Shown: positions 22,360 to 31,407 of the stretch, in pieces
How the letters are laid out: each line of letters starts with the position of its first letter
Numbering within the stretch: position 1 is the stretch's first letter
Notes under the pieces: generated by a model
Databases searched by the model: none
Told to the model about the DNA's origin: nothing
Seen by the model: only the letters and a program-made list of their open reading frames with translations
Program-made: the position numbers and the translations under genes
Assembly (NCBI RefSeq): GCF_000015145.1
Contig: NC_008818.1
Location: 990,001-1,022,000, forward strand
DNA from: Hyperthermus butylicus DSM 5456
Lineage (GTDB): Archaea; Thermoproteota; Thermoprotei_A; Sulfolobales; Pyrodictiaceae
Reading direction: 5' to 3'
DNA: 32,000 bases

Positions 22360-22944
22360 TCAGCTCCTTGCCAGGCCTTTCTCGCGGAGCAGCTGTATGA
22401 ATAGCCGGAAGCCCTCACCCATGCTGCTTGTGTGCCTCACAGTGACTATGTTGCCATCTAGAACTGCGCCGGCATCAACGTATTCTGCGCCTGCGTTCAC
22501 AAGATCGTCCTTTATGCCTGGGTAGCCTGTAACCCTACGGCCCCTGATGACACTAGCTGAGGCTAGGAGTAGTGGGCCGTGACATATGGCTATGATTGGT
22601 TTACCCTTCTCAGCCATCCTCCTAGCTATCTCCACTGCCTCTCGGTGCTGCCTAGCCCTTTCCGGGCTCCTCCCGCCGGGGATTACAAGGACGTCGTAGC
22701 TGTCAAGCCTCTCCACTGCCTCCCGGTAGCTGAGCGTAGCCTCAACCTCGAAGCCCCTCTTGCCCTTTATCTTCAGCGGGCGGGGTTCTAGCCTCCCTGT
22801 TTGGGGGTCGTAGCGGGGCACGTCGCTGTACTTGGCGTGAGACGCTATGTCGATTTCGAAGCCTTCTTCGAGGAGACGGTGGTACGCGTAGAAGAATTCG
22901 AGGTCGTCAAAGTCGGGCTCTACTATGAAGAGAGCGCGGGGCAC
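22360..22944 (-). CDS. pfpI: DJ-1/PfpI family protein
   Basis: 194 aa; LVIPGGRSPERARQ, KPIIAICHGPLLLASASVIRGRRVTGYPGIKDDLVNAGAEYVDAGAVLDGNIVTVRH. Confidence 0.87.
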   Translation of the reverse strand: MPRALFIVEPDFDDLEFFYAYHRLLEEGFEIDIASHAKYSDVPRYDPQTGRLEPRPLKIKGKRGFEVEATLSYREAVERLDSYDVLVIPGGRSPERARQHREAVEIARRMAEKGKPIIAICHGPLLLASASVIRGRRVTGYPGIKDDLVNAGAEYVDAGAVLDGNIVTVRHTSSMGEGFRLFIQLLREKGLARS

Positions 22945-22970
22945 AGCTGGTCACCCCTTATGACTGTGGA

Positions 22971-23447
22971 TTATTTGTGTAGGTCTAGGGGCAGAGTGGT
23001 TGTTAGCCTCAGCTTTAGCCGGTGCAGCTCAGCCATAACCTTCTCAACGAAGGCATCCAGCTCGGCGGGAGCTACACCCTTCCCAGCCGCGACCCTCTTG
23101 ACCTCAGCCTCTACCAAGGCGTAGCGTTTATACTTCTCGTTAAGCCTGCGCCACGGTATGCCCTGGAGCGCCTTGGCGAGCCTCTCGTCGTAGGGGAGAA
23201 CGCCCTCCAGCATCAACACAGCTATTATCGGGTAGCCTACGTAGCCCCGGAGCTTCGTACCATTATCATCGCTGTACGCCAGGCCCTGGCCTGGGTCTAC
23301 GTAGACTCGGTAGACCCGGTCCCCCTCGCTGCTAACTACGCGGTAGACATGGTCGCCGGTCTTCTCAACACGGCCATCAGCTATTGCGCCAAGAGCCTCG
23401 AGCACCTTTATCCTTGGAGGCAGTCTTAGAGGCCTAGCCGTAGCCAC
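22971..23447 (-). CDS. Hypothetical protein
   Basis: 158-aa ORF with good coding character and close packing with neighbours; no family recognised. Confidence 0.65.
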   Translation of the reverse strand: MATARPLRLPPRIKVLEALGAIADGRVEKTGDHVYRVVSSEGDRVYRVYVDPGQGLAYSDDNGTKLRGYVGYPIIAVLMLEGVLPYDERLAKALQGIPWRRLNEKYKRYALVEAEVKRVAAGKGVAPAELDAFVEKVMAELHRLKLRLTTTLPLDLHK

Positions 23448-23512
23448 TGCCCGGCAGCCCTCTAGGATTACTAGAGGGGCGTGGGAGCCCTTATCACAGT
23501 CTAGCCCTACAC

Positions 23513-24190
23513 TTGTCTAGGGGTTTGAGGGTTTTGGGCCAGCTGACCCAGTTCCTCGGCGAGATACGTAGGGTTCTAGACAGGCTCTACGGGGAGGCGG
23601 CTGCCGGCCTCCGCGAAGCCTTCAACATTGCATGTGGGGGTGGGGGGAGTGCTGAGTCGGTGGGGGAGCATAGTAGGATTGCGTTAGGGCTGCGGAGCGA
23701 GGTTACAGACATGGCTACCATAGCTATTGCTAGGTTTCAGCCGGTTGCGAGGGATCTTCGCAGACTCACATCCTACCTCGAGGCGGCCTATGACCTCTTC
23801 AGGATTTCAAGATATGCATTCGAGATCGCGAGGCTCTACCAGCTAGTACCCCGTGAGTGTAGGAGGTGTAGCGAGAGCATCCGGGTGGTGCTCGGCAAGG
23901 CAGAGGAGATGCTAGACATGGCCTATCGCGCCCTCGTCGAGGAGGATGGTGGGCTCGCGGAGAAGGTCTCCGAGCTGGATGCATCGGTGGATGAGGCCTA
24001 CGTCGAGGCTGTCCGAAGGCTTGGCACCGTCGCCCACCTCTCTAGATGCGAGGTTGCAGAGATGCTACTGCTACGCCATGTTGAAAGAATTGCAGACCAT
24101 GCAGTCTACATAGCAGCCGAGGCCTACTACATCGCCACCGGCCACCGAGTATACCCCCAGGCCCCACCAAAGCCTAGAGGGAGCGTATAG
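23513..24190 (+). CDS. PhoU-like domain protein
   Basis: 225 aa all-helical; two half-repeats, LTSYLEAAYDLFRISRYAFEIARL and LLLRHVERIADHAVYIAAEAYYIATG (PhoU-type ERI-DH motif). Confidence 0.75.
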   Translation: MSRGLRVLGQLTQFLGEIRRVLDRLYGEAAAGLREAFNIACGGGGSAESVGEHSRIALGLRSEVTDMATIAIARFQPVARDLRRLTSYLEAAYDLFRISRYAFEIARLYQLVPRECRRCSESIRVVLGKAEEMLDMAYRALVEEDGGLAEKVSELDASVDEAYVEAVRRLGTVAHLSRCEVAEMLLLRHVERIADHAVYIAAEAYYIATGHRVYPQAPPKPRGSV

Positions 24191-24242
24191 CCCCGAAAAC
24201 CATGAGATTAGCTCTGCACAGCTGGGGTAAACGCCGGGGATG

Positions 24243-24686
24243 CTAGATCATCATTGTTGGCGGCCGTCTTGGTGCTTCTTCCTCCTCGCCGCCGGCCTGC
24301 TTGACGGTTGCTACTAGCGGGTTTAGCTTGCCCTCCCTTGCCAGCTGCTCGAGCAAGTTTCTCACGTCGCTCGTGTGCTTAATGTCTATCTCGAGGAGCT
24401 GCTGCAGCACGCTAAACATTACCTTCCAGACCTCTAGCAGCATCTCCCGGGGCACATGAGCTATTATCACCGGGTCCTGGAGCCAGTTGTCGAAAGCCTT
24501 GATAGTCCTCATCATGTGCTGGAACGCCGCCCTAGTAGCAACTATGAGGTCTAGCCTGTCACCATGCTCGACCTTGGCTGCTGTCTCCTTGAATGTCTGG
24601 AGTAGCCTCTTCTGCATCCTAACCCACTCGTCGAGCTGTTTTAGGAACACATAGTCTATCACGCGTACCTCACCTGGCCTACTCAA
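24243..24686 (-). CDS. Conserved archaeal protein, possibly DUF2153
   Basis: 147 aa; [54 protein letters not shown]...[13 protein letters not shown] assignment from memory. Confidence 0.55.
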   Translation of the reverse strand: MSRPGEVRVIDYVFLKQLDEWVRMQKRLLQTFKETAAKVEHGDRLDLIVATRAAFQHMMRTIKAFDNWLQDPVIIAHVPREMLLEVWKVMFSVLQQLLEIDIKHTSDVRNLLEQLAREGKLNPLVATVKQAGGEEEEAPRRPPTMMI

Positions 24687-24888
24687 GGCTTATCCTCCCT
24701 TTCCGGGGTATATCTGGGCTCCCAAACCCCCGTTTAGCTCCTTCCTCACGTATTATAGTACGTGCTTCCATGCGATAAGCGCTGTAATGGTTTACACTAG
24801 CCCGGATTTCCTTCGGTATCTCTGAAACCTCTAGCACATCCTGCATACCGTGTTTTAGGGCTCTAACAGCCCCTATCCTAGGCCTGGG

Positions 24889-25722
24889 GTGTGTGGCCTG
24901 GCGGAGCTTAAAGCTGTGGAGGTACACGTACGGGGCGTTGAGGGGCTCGAATACGTGCTTGCTGCTGGCCAGCGTGTAGCCGACCTTGCGCTTTCGAGGC
25001 GCAGGCTATACTACATCCTCCTCCGAGCACGTGGAGATGGTGTAGTCCTTGGCCTCTACGGTAGCCTTGCTGACGAGGCGGGTGTTGTGGGCATCTACCG
25101 CCGTATAACGGGTGGCAGGCCTGCCTACGTTGAGCACGACACCTACTACCTTGCCGTAGCGTTGCCCGGTGCTAGGAAGCTGGAGAGCCTAGCCCCGAAG
25201 GCCCTAGAGCTTGAAAGGTGTAGTAAAGGCGTAGTAGGCTTCACCCTCCTCGGTGAGACGGGTTTCCTAGAACTCTTCGCGGATAGTGACCCTCTCCAAT
25301 GCCTCCTCGAGGTATTCAATGCTAGGCCAGGCGGCAGGCTGAGCCTAAGCCCATCGGTTCTCGCCGAGACCGCACAGCTGTACGCTTCGCCCAGCTGGAG
25401 GCTCTACAAGTACAACCCGGCAACAGCCGAGGCGGCTGCATACCGGGGCAGCTACTGGGTAAAGGCTAGCATTGAGGTAACAGATGGCTACGTAACCGGG
25501 GTCTGGCTTAGCGGCGTCTTCTACGCTGCACCACCTATGGAGCCCTTCAGCATACTGGAAACCATCCGTGGTACAAGGTTTGACGAGCTTGTGCTGAGTA
25601 ATGCTGAGCTGGCGGTAGACTACCGTGTCGAGCTGTGGGGCGTAACCCGCGACGACTTCAAGAACGTGCTCCGAAGCCTCCACGAGAAGGCTGGGGAGAA
25701 GTATTTCACTGTGCCCGACTAG
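24889..25722 (+). CDS. LplA-like (lipoate--protein ligase fold) protein, apparently lacking the catalytic lysine region
   Basis: 277 aa; GIYRRITGGRPAYVEHDTYYLAVALPG resembles the LplA RRxTGGGxxxHDxGxLxYS motif; C-terminal YWVKASIEVTDGYVTGVWLSGVFYAAPPMEPFSILETIRGTRFDELVL resembles the LplA accessory domain. Confidence 0.5.
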   Translation: MCGLAELKAVEVHVRGVEGLEYVLAAGQRVADLALSRRRLYYILLRARGDGVVLGLYGSLADEAGVVGIYRRITGGRPAYVEHDTYYLAVALPGARKLESLAPKALELERCSKGVVGFTLLGETGFLELFADSDPLQCLLEVFNARPGGRLSLSPSVLAETAQLYASPSWRLYKYNPATAEAAAYRGSYWVKASIEVTDGYVTGVWLSGVFYAAPPMEPFSILETIRGTRFDELVLSNAELAVDYRVELWGVTRDDFKNVLRSLHEKAGEKYFTVPD

Positions 25723-25834
25723 CGTTGCCAGGATAAAGTCAACGGTAAACTCACCAAGGAAAGGTATTCATATGTGGGACAAACACAGAATAAATCTGCA
25801 GGACAAATGGTGTGCAACGGGTGAAGATGTAGCC

Positions 25835-27700
25835 ATGGAGTTCAAGCTTCTGAGAATAAACCTCTGGACACAGAAGGTCCGCGAGGAGAAGATTGACGAA
25901 AGAACCCTGCGCCGCTTCCTCGGCGGCCGTGGCCTCGGAGCATACCTGGCGCTCAAGGAGATCCCCAAGGGCGCTGATCCCCTGGGCCCTGAGAATAAGC
26001 TCTACATACTAACCGGCCCCCTAACCGGTACGGCCGCAGTGGAGACCGGTAGGTACCATGTTGTCGGTAAGAGCCCGCTAACGGGCATCCTCGGCGACAG
26101 CAACTCTGGCGGCCAGTTCGGCCCCTGGCTAAGGTTCTCGGGCTATGACGGTATTGTGCTTGAGAGTGTTAGTGAGGAGCCAGTCTGGATAAGCATTATC
26201 GACGGCGAGGTAAAGTTCCATGATGCACGCGACCTCTGGGGCCGCGGCGTAATCTACACTGAGAAGAAGATACGTGATCGGGTTGGTATAACAAAGCCAG
26301 ACCTAGGTAGCGTTCTGTCAATAGGTCCGGCGGGCGAGAACCTCTCGAAGATCGCTGCTATAATGAACGACAAGTACCGTGCAGCGGGCCGTACAGGTCT
26401 AGGCGCGGTAATGGGCAGCAAGAGGGTCAAGGCAATATTCGTCTACGGTCACCGGAGGATAGAGCTCTACGACAGGCAGAAGTTCCTCGAGGCTGCAAAG
26501 AAGCTGTCCAAGGCCATAGTTGAGCATAGTATAAGCCAGTCACTAACAAAGTATGGTACAGCCGTACTAGTAAACATCATCAACGAGCACGGCGGCCTCC
26601 CTACAAAGAACTGGACCCGTGGCGTATTCGAGAAGGCACAGCAGATCAGCGGTGAGTACCTAGCCGAGCACTACCTCAAGACAAACAAGGGCTGCTGGGG
26701 CTGCGCTATAAGGTGCTCGAGAGTAGCTGAGGTTAAGAGTGGTCCGTACAGGACACCGGTCTCTGAGGGCCCAGAGTACGAGACCATCTGGGCTAACGGC
26801 GCCAACACCATGATAGGCAACATGGAGGCCATAATAAAGATTAACTACCTCCTCAACGACATGGGCTTAGACACGATAAGCTTCGGCAACACCGCCGCCA
26901 CACTAATGGAGCTCTACGAGAAAGCCCAGAAGGGCGAGCTACCAGAGGACAAGGCTAAGAAGCTACTCGACCTCTTAGAGGACGTTGAGCCCACATGGGG
27001 CAACGCTGATGCCGTGATAAGGCTGATCTGGAAGACAGCATACCGCGACGGAATCGGCGACTACACAGCCGAGGGCGCCGCAAGGCTCGCCGAGGAGTTC
27101 GGCTGCCCAGACTGCGCAATACACGTTAGGGGTCTAGAGCTACCAGCATATGACCCAAGAGCAATCAACAGCATGGCGCTAAGCTATGCTACCAGCAACC
27201 GCGGAGGCTGCCACCTCAGAGCCTACGGCGTAAGCTTCGACGTGCTTGGTGTGCCGAAGAAGTTCGACCCGCTCAAGATAGACCTTGAGAAGGTCAAGCT
27301 CATAAAGTGGCAGCAGGACTACTTCGCCGTGATAGACAGCCTTGTAGTCTGCAAGTTCAACACGTTCGCCGACGCGCCAGAGTACTATGTGGAGCTGCTA
27401 AAGTACGCTATGGGCTGGGAGGACCTAACAGTTGAGGAGCTGCTAACCATAGGCGAGAGGATATACAACGTGGAGAGGCTCTTCGCAGTACGCGAAGGCA
27501 GGGGCTACAGGGACTACCTGCCAAAGAGGCTGCTGGAGGAGCCACTACCAGACGGTCCAGCCAAGGGCAGGACGGCTAAGGAGGCGTTGGAGACGTACCT
27601 GCCAGAATACTACAAGCTACGCGGCTGGGTAGACGGCAAGCCAACACCTGAGACCCTCAAGAGGCTCGGCCTAGGAGAGTTCCTCTACATCGTAGCCTAG
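25835..27700 (+). CDS. aor: Tungsten-containing aldehyde:ferredoxin oxidoreductase family protein
   Basis: FLGGRGLGAYLALKEIP, TGPLTGTAAVETGRYHVVGKSPLTGILGDSNSGGQFGPWLRFSGYDGIVLES, 4Fe-4S motif CWGCAIRC, and C-terminal DSLVVCKFNTF. Track start 25772; ATG 25835 (MEFKLLRINL) fits the family N-terminus. Confidence 0.93.
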   Translation: MEFKLLRINLWTQKVREEKIDERTLRRFLGGRGLGAYLALKEIPKGADPLGPENKLYILTGPLTGTAAVETGRYHVVGKSPLTGILGDSNSGGQFGPWLRFSGYDGIVLESVSEEPVWISIIDGEVKFHDARDLWGRGVIYTEKKIRDRVGITKPDLGSVLSIGPAGENLSKIAAIMNDKYRAAGRTGLGAVMGSKRVKAIFVYGHRRIELYDRQKFLEAAKKLSKAIVEHSISQSLTKYGTAVLVNIINEHGGLPTKNWTRGVFEKAQQISGEYLAEHYLKTNKGCWGCAIRCSRVAEVKSGPYRTPVSEGPEYETIWANGANTMIGNMEAIIKINYLLNDMGLDTISFGNTAATLMELYEKAQKGELPEDKAKKLLDLLEDVEPTWGNADAVIRLIWKTAYRDGIGDYTAEGAARLAEEFGCPDCAIHVRGLELPAYDPRAINSMALSYATSNRGGCHLRAYGVSFDVLGVPKKFDPLKIDLEKVKLIKWQQDYFAVIDSLVVCKFNTFADAPEYYVELLKYAMGWEDLTVEELLTIGERIYNVERLFAVREGRGYRDYLPKRLLEEPLPDGPAKGRTAKEALETYLPEYYKLRGWVDGKPTPETLKRLGLGEFLYIVA

Positions 27701-27904
27701 CGGTATCCACGAGCCTCAGAGGATTCCCTACCCAAATAGTTTTTGGTAAGGATTAAGCTTCCCCCTCCTCCAGGCTCTCCAAGCTTCACACTAGGCTTCA
27801 CGGATTTCTATCCCTTGGCTATGCTGGTAGCAACAGCTGGCAGTGCTGGTAACGGGATGGACGATTTGTGCTCCCCCGAAGGAGGGATGGTAATGTATAG
27901 CATG

Positions 27905-29134
27905 CTATCCTGGGGAGTTAGATGCTTGCGGCGTATTTGCTCTCGAGGGTTCCTTGCTATGCTGCCTCCTTACAGCTTGTACGAGATGGGTAACCTTTAC
28001 TTTTCCATAGAGCTTTGCTAGTAGGACCCCGTGGCGGAGCACGGTGTAGCACTTTATGCATGGCGTGACTATTTCCCTCGCCTTGCAGCCTTTGCAGAGA
28101 TTCCTAATCCTCCACTCGTAAATCCTATTGCGTAGTGTTGCGAGTGGCTGCTCTCTCAGATAGTTTAAGCCTCCACCACCGCCACAGCACAGCGTGTAGG
28201 GAGGCTTATCCCTTGGCGGCTTAGCATGGGTAAGCGCCTTCACCGAGGGGTACGACTCTCTCTCGAAACGTGCAAAACCACAGCTCGGAAAGAGCAGGCG
28301 GTCCTTGTTATTCTCCCCTCTACCCCCTCCACTCATCCTTATATGCTGGTGTATCAGCTCGTAGATGTTCACGGCTTCCATGTTGCTGGTAAGCCAGGAG
28401 TAGTGCTTGGCTAGTAGCAGGAGTTTATGGTCAGCACCGCAGCCCGAAAGCACTATACCCCTAACACCTAGTTCCTCTGCGGTATTGATCACGTTTGCCA
28501 GAGCATTTAGCGCGACATCCGGCCTTGCAGCATCGAAGGCTGCGTTGCCGCCTAGATCGAGCGCCTTAGTGGATACAGCAATACTGTACCCCGCTTTCTT
28601 CAGAACTGTGAGAGCGTCCTCAAGAATATCCGGGTATATTGTTGTCTCGAAGGGGGATGGAATGTAGAGGTAGTCTGCTGGCTCGTCCACGGGGACCCCT
28701 ACCTTCTCGGCAATGCTGAGGAGAAGCTTCTTCGGCGCCTCTGGGTTGGGTGTAAAGCTGTGGCCCCGTACTATATTGCGAGCTATCTCCTGCAGGCTCT
28801 GCGGCTGTTTCCCCTCAATGCTGAGCTTTATCCTTGCTGCTAGCACGACCCTCCAAACCTCAATACCATAGGGGCATAGGATTGTGCATGCTCCACACAT
28901 TGTGCATGTGTAGATGGTCTCGATATCCTCGCTTGTCGGCGAGCCCTTCACAAGCACATGATATGCAGCCCTTAGACGCCTAGGCGGGGAATACCGTGCA
29001 GCACCGAGCGCTCTGTAGGAGACGCAGCCTGGGGTGCAGAGCAGGCAGCCTATGCACGCCCTGTGGTACTCTTCGGCTAGCATGCGCGCTTCGTCAATAA
29101 GCTCCCTAGCCACCCTCCCATAGCCTATATTCAT
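27905..29134 (-). CDS. (Fe-S)-binding HdrD/GlpC-like protein
   Basis: 409 aa; two ferredoxin motifs CIGCLLCTPGC and CTMCGACTILC. C-terminal CCG domain LLFPSCGFARF...LCCGGGGG...TPCIKC. Confidence 0.88.
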   Translation of the reverse strand: MNIGYGRVARELIDEARMLAEEYHRACIGCLLCTPGCVSYRALGAARYSPPRRLRAAYHVLVKGSPTSEDIETIYTCTMCGACTILCPYGIEVWRVVLAARIKLSIEGKQPQSLQEIARNIVRGHSFTPNPEAPKKLLLSIAEKVGVPVDEPADYLYIPSPFETTIYPDILEDALTVLKKAGYSIAVSTKALDLGGNAAFDAARPDVALNALANVINTAEELGVRGIVLSGCGADHKLLLLAKHYSWLTSNMEAVNIYELIHQHIRMSGGGRGENNKDRLLFPSCGFARFERESYPSVKALTHAKPPRDKPPYTLCCGGGGGLNYLREQPLATLRNRIYEWRIRNLCKGCKAREIVTPCIKCYTVLRHGVLLAKLYGKVKVTHLVQAVRRQHSKEPSRANTPQASNSPG

Positions 29135-29250
29135 CTCTACCCCTTGCAGTCTCTACAACGACGTGTAGCATATAGGGCATTGTTCAAAAACTTCAATAGT
29201 AACCTATATAAAGTAACATACTAGGCGCAATTTCTCACCAGGGGGAATTA

Positions 29251-29895
29251 TTGATCTCCAATGGGGACATGTTGCACAAGACTATCACGGATATACTGCT
29301 CAGCTCCATAGGCCTACCAACACTTAGCAGGGCTAGAAAGCTTGTCGGCGAGATAGAGGAGAGAACCGAGGTAATAATCGGCCTCTCCAGGGGCTCCAAG
29401 CTCTCCGAGGATGGGCTAGCATACGTGAAGAGCTTGGTAGGCGAAAACGAGCACGTAAGGATAATACCGGTTTACGTCAAGGAGTGGCCTAGCAATAGGC
29501 CAGACCCGCTGATAATCATCGGTGGGAGGCTCGGTGGACGATACAAGTTCTACGGCATACCCACCGAGATCCTGGCGTCAGCATTCCTCACAGCTATCGC
29601 AGCCGCGGGGGGCGCCTGGAGGCCAAAGAGCTGCCGGGGCTTTTAAACGGCCTCGGGAAAACTCATACTGTACGTTGTACCTGGTCTACCCTGCGCCAAG
29701 GCTATGTACTATGTGATCCAAGTCATCTACTGCAGTGAGAAGGCCGAGGTGGAGATAGTAAATCTTAAGACGATGCTGCTTAGGGGAATACAGCTGCCAG
29801 TCAAGCAGGTACCAGCATTTGTCACGCCAAAGGGTACACTATACCAAGGCCTACCCGGTGATGCACAGGGTGTTGCAAGGCTATGGGAGTCCTAG
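29251..29895 (+). CDS. Glutaredoxin-like/protein disulfide oxidoreductase (PDO) fold protein with two apparent frameshifts or pseudogene
   Basis: Frame 1 ORF 29251..29646 gives an N-terminal Trx-like unit (TEVIIGL...DPLIIIGGRLGGRYKFYGIPTEILASAFLTAI). Frame 3 gives GGRLEAKELPGLLNGLGK, then frame 1 from 29662 gives LILYVVPGLPCAKAMYYVIQVIYC...QVPAFVTPKGTLYQGLP...LW (second Trx-like unit with cis-Pro motif). Confidence 0.55.
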
Positions 29896-29964
29896 AACTA
29901 GCGTTTATCCCGGAAAGCCCCGGGGGTAAGTGTATGAGTCCGGGAGGGCCACCGTGAATAAGGG

Positions 29965-30213
29965 GTGGTCGATGTGGCGGAGCGTGTGCTCGACCTGAGA
30001 GCATATACCGCCCTGTGCGGCGATTATAGCGTACATTTACTCGGCAAGCTCGAGCAGATGAGTAGTGGTGAGAAGCTCAAAGTATATGTCGCTAAGAGCA
30101 GTGCTGGCCTTCTAAAGGAGTCTGTGAAAGCCATAACCTCTGCTGGCCTAGCTGAACTCGCTGGAGAGGGGGAGGAGGGAGACGCCTACTACGTCATCCT
30201 AGTGAAGAGGTAG
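29965..30213 (+). CDS. TusA/SirA-fold protein lacking the CPxP motif
   Basis: 82 aa; RVLDLRAYTALCGDYSVHLLGKLEQMSSGEKLKVYVAKSSAGLLKESVKAITSAGLAEL...YYVILVKR follows the TusA pattern (LDLRGLxCPxPVLxxKKALxxLxxGExLxVxV), with the CPxP position not conserved. Confidence 0.55.
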   Translation: MVDVAERVLDLRAYTALCGDYSVHLLGKLEQMSSGEKLKVYVAKSSAGLLKESVKAITSAGLAELAGEGEEGDAYYVILVKR

Positions 30214-30229
30214 CGGGGGGTGGGGCCGC

Positions 30230-30820
30230 TTGGCCCTCCTCCTACCCCTAAGTGCAGGGTTTTACGTATTTGCCGGAACGCTTGTTCTGGTGCTGGCGGC
30301 GGGCATAGCTGCCACAGTGAGGAGCAGAACGGTTCTCGGCATTACTCCTCAGGCTAGGGTTCTCCGTTCCGCCTATGCCTCGCTGCTCCTGGGGAGCACT
30401 AGGTCCTTTGTAGCCGCTATTGCTAGCTTCGTGTTCCACCTGGGCCTAGTGGTTATCGCTGTTCTCCACCTAACAATGCTTGGATACCTTGGCGCTAGAC
30501 TCTACGTACTAGACGCGGGGGCTTTCCAGGCGATCATATACTGGCTCCGCGCGGTAGCAAAGACTGTAGCATTGTCGGGGACCATACTCCTACTCCTACA
30601 TGTAGAACAGATGCTGCGGGGCTTCAGGCCAGCACTGGGCAGCATTACTGGCACTCTAATCCTCACAACGGCAGCCCTAGCCATAGCCACGGGGTATGCA
30701 TCGCTAAATACTCACATAGCCCTGGGGCTCCTAGGAGCAGCATATGCCGCCTACACGGTGCTCAGCAGCCACATAACCAGAGGCTCGAAGCTCCTCGCCC
30801 AGAGGATCCTCCGCACATAA
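30230..30820 (+). CDS. Multi-pass membrane protein, unknown function
   Basis: 196 aa with about five to six hydrophobic segments and scattered His (FHLG, LHLT, LHVEQ). Confidence 0.7.
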   Translation: MALLLPLSAGFYVFAGTLVLVLAAGIAATVRSRTVLGITPQARVLRSAYASLLLGSTRSFVAAIASFVFHLGLVVIAVLHLTMLGYLGARLYVLDAGAFQAIIYWLRAVAKTVALSGTILLLLHVEQMLRGFRPALGSITGTLILTTAALAIATGYASLNTHIALGLLGAAYAAYTVLSSHITRGSKLLAQRILRT

Positions 30821-31407
30821 AAGCCTCAAGCCATAAGCCAGCTCTCCAGCACGATAGACAGTATAGACGCGCCTTTCCACAGACTATAGGACCACTAGGT
30901 ACGATGCTAAGCCGTGCTGTGGGGCACAGAGGCACGTAAGCATAGCGCAGCGGGTTGATCATCGCTGCTGCCGGGAGGATATGGATACTGGTGCCATAGC
31001 GACAAATATGGCGGCGCGGCAGAGAGGAGCCTAACCTGGAACGAGTATAGAGGTCCACATGCCGCGTATATCCCTCGTGTACGATACTGCTTGCGCTACC
31101 TCACCACCACGATCTCTGAGCGTGTGCTAATGGGAACCAGGGCTATGGCGATGCCTGGGCCCGGCGAGACCCCTGGAAGCGGTGGTTGTAGGGCTCGGGA
31201 AGCGTGAAACCATGGTTCCTGCATGCCTCGACAATGGATGGCCTGGTAAGGCATAAATGTGTCTCCGGAGACACACTCATGCTCAGCTCTAACGTGCAGC
31301 ACTCGTCAGGCTCCAACGAGCCCTAGGCCTACTCATAGACGATATTGCCGGGCTGTTCTACCCCCTCTACCAGGCTGCCCGAGAGGCTACTCTACCCCAA
31401 GGACAGA

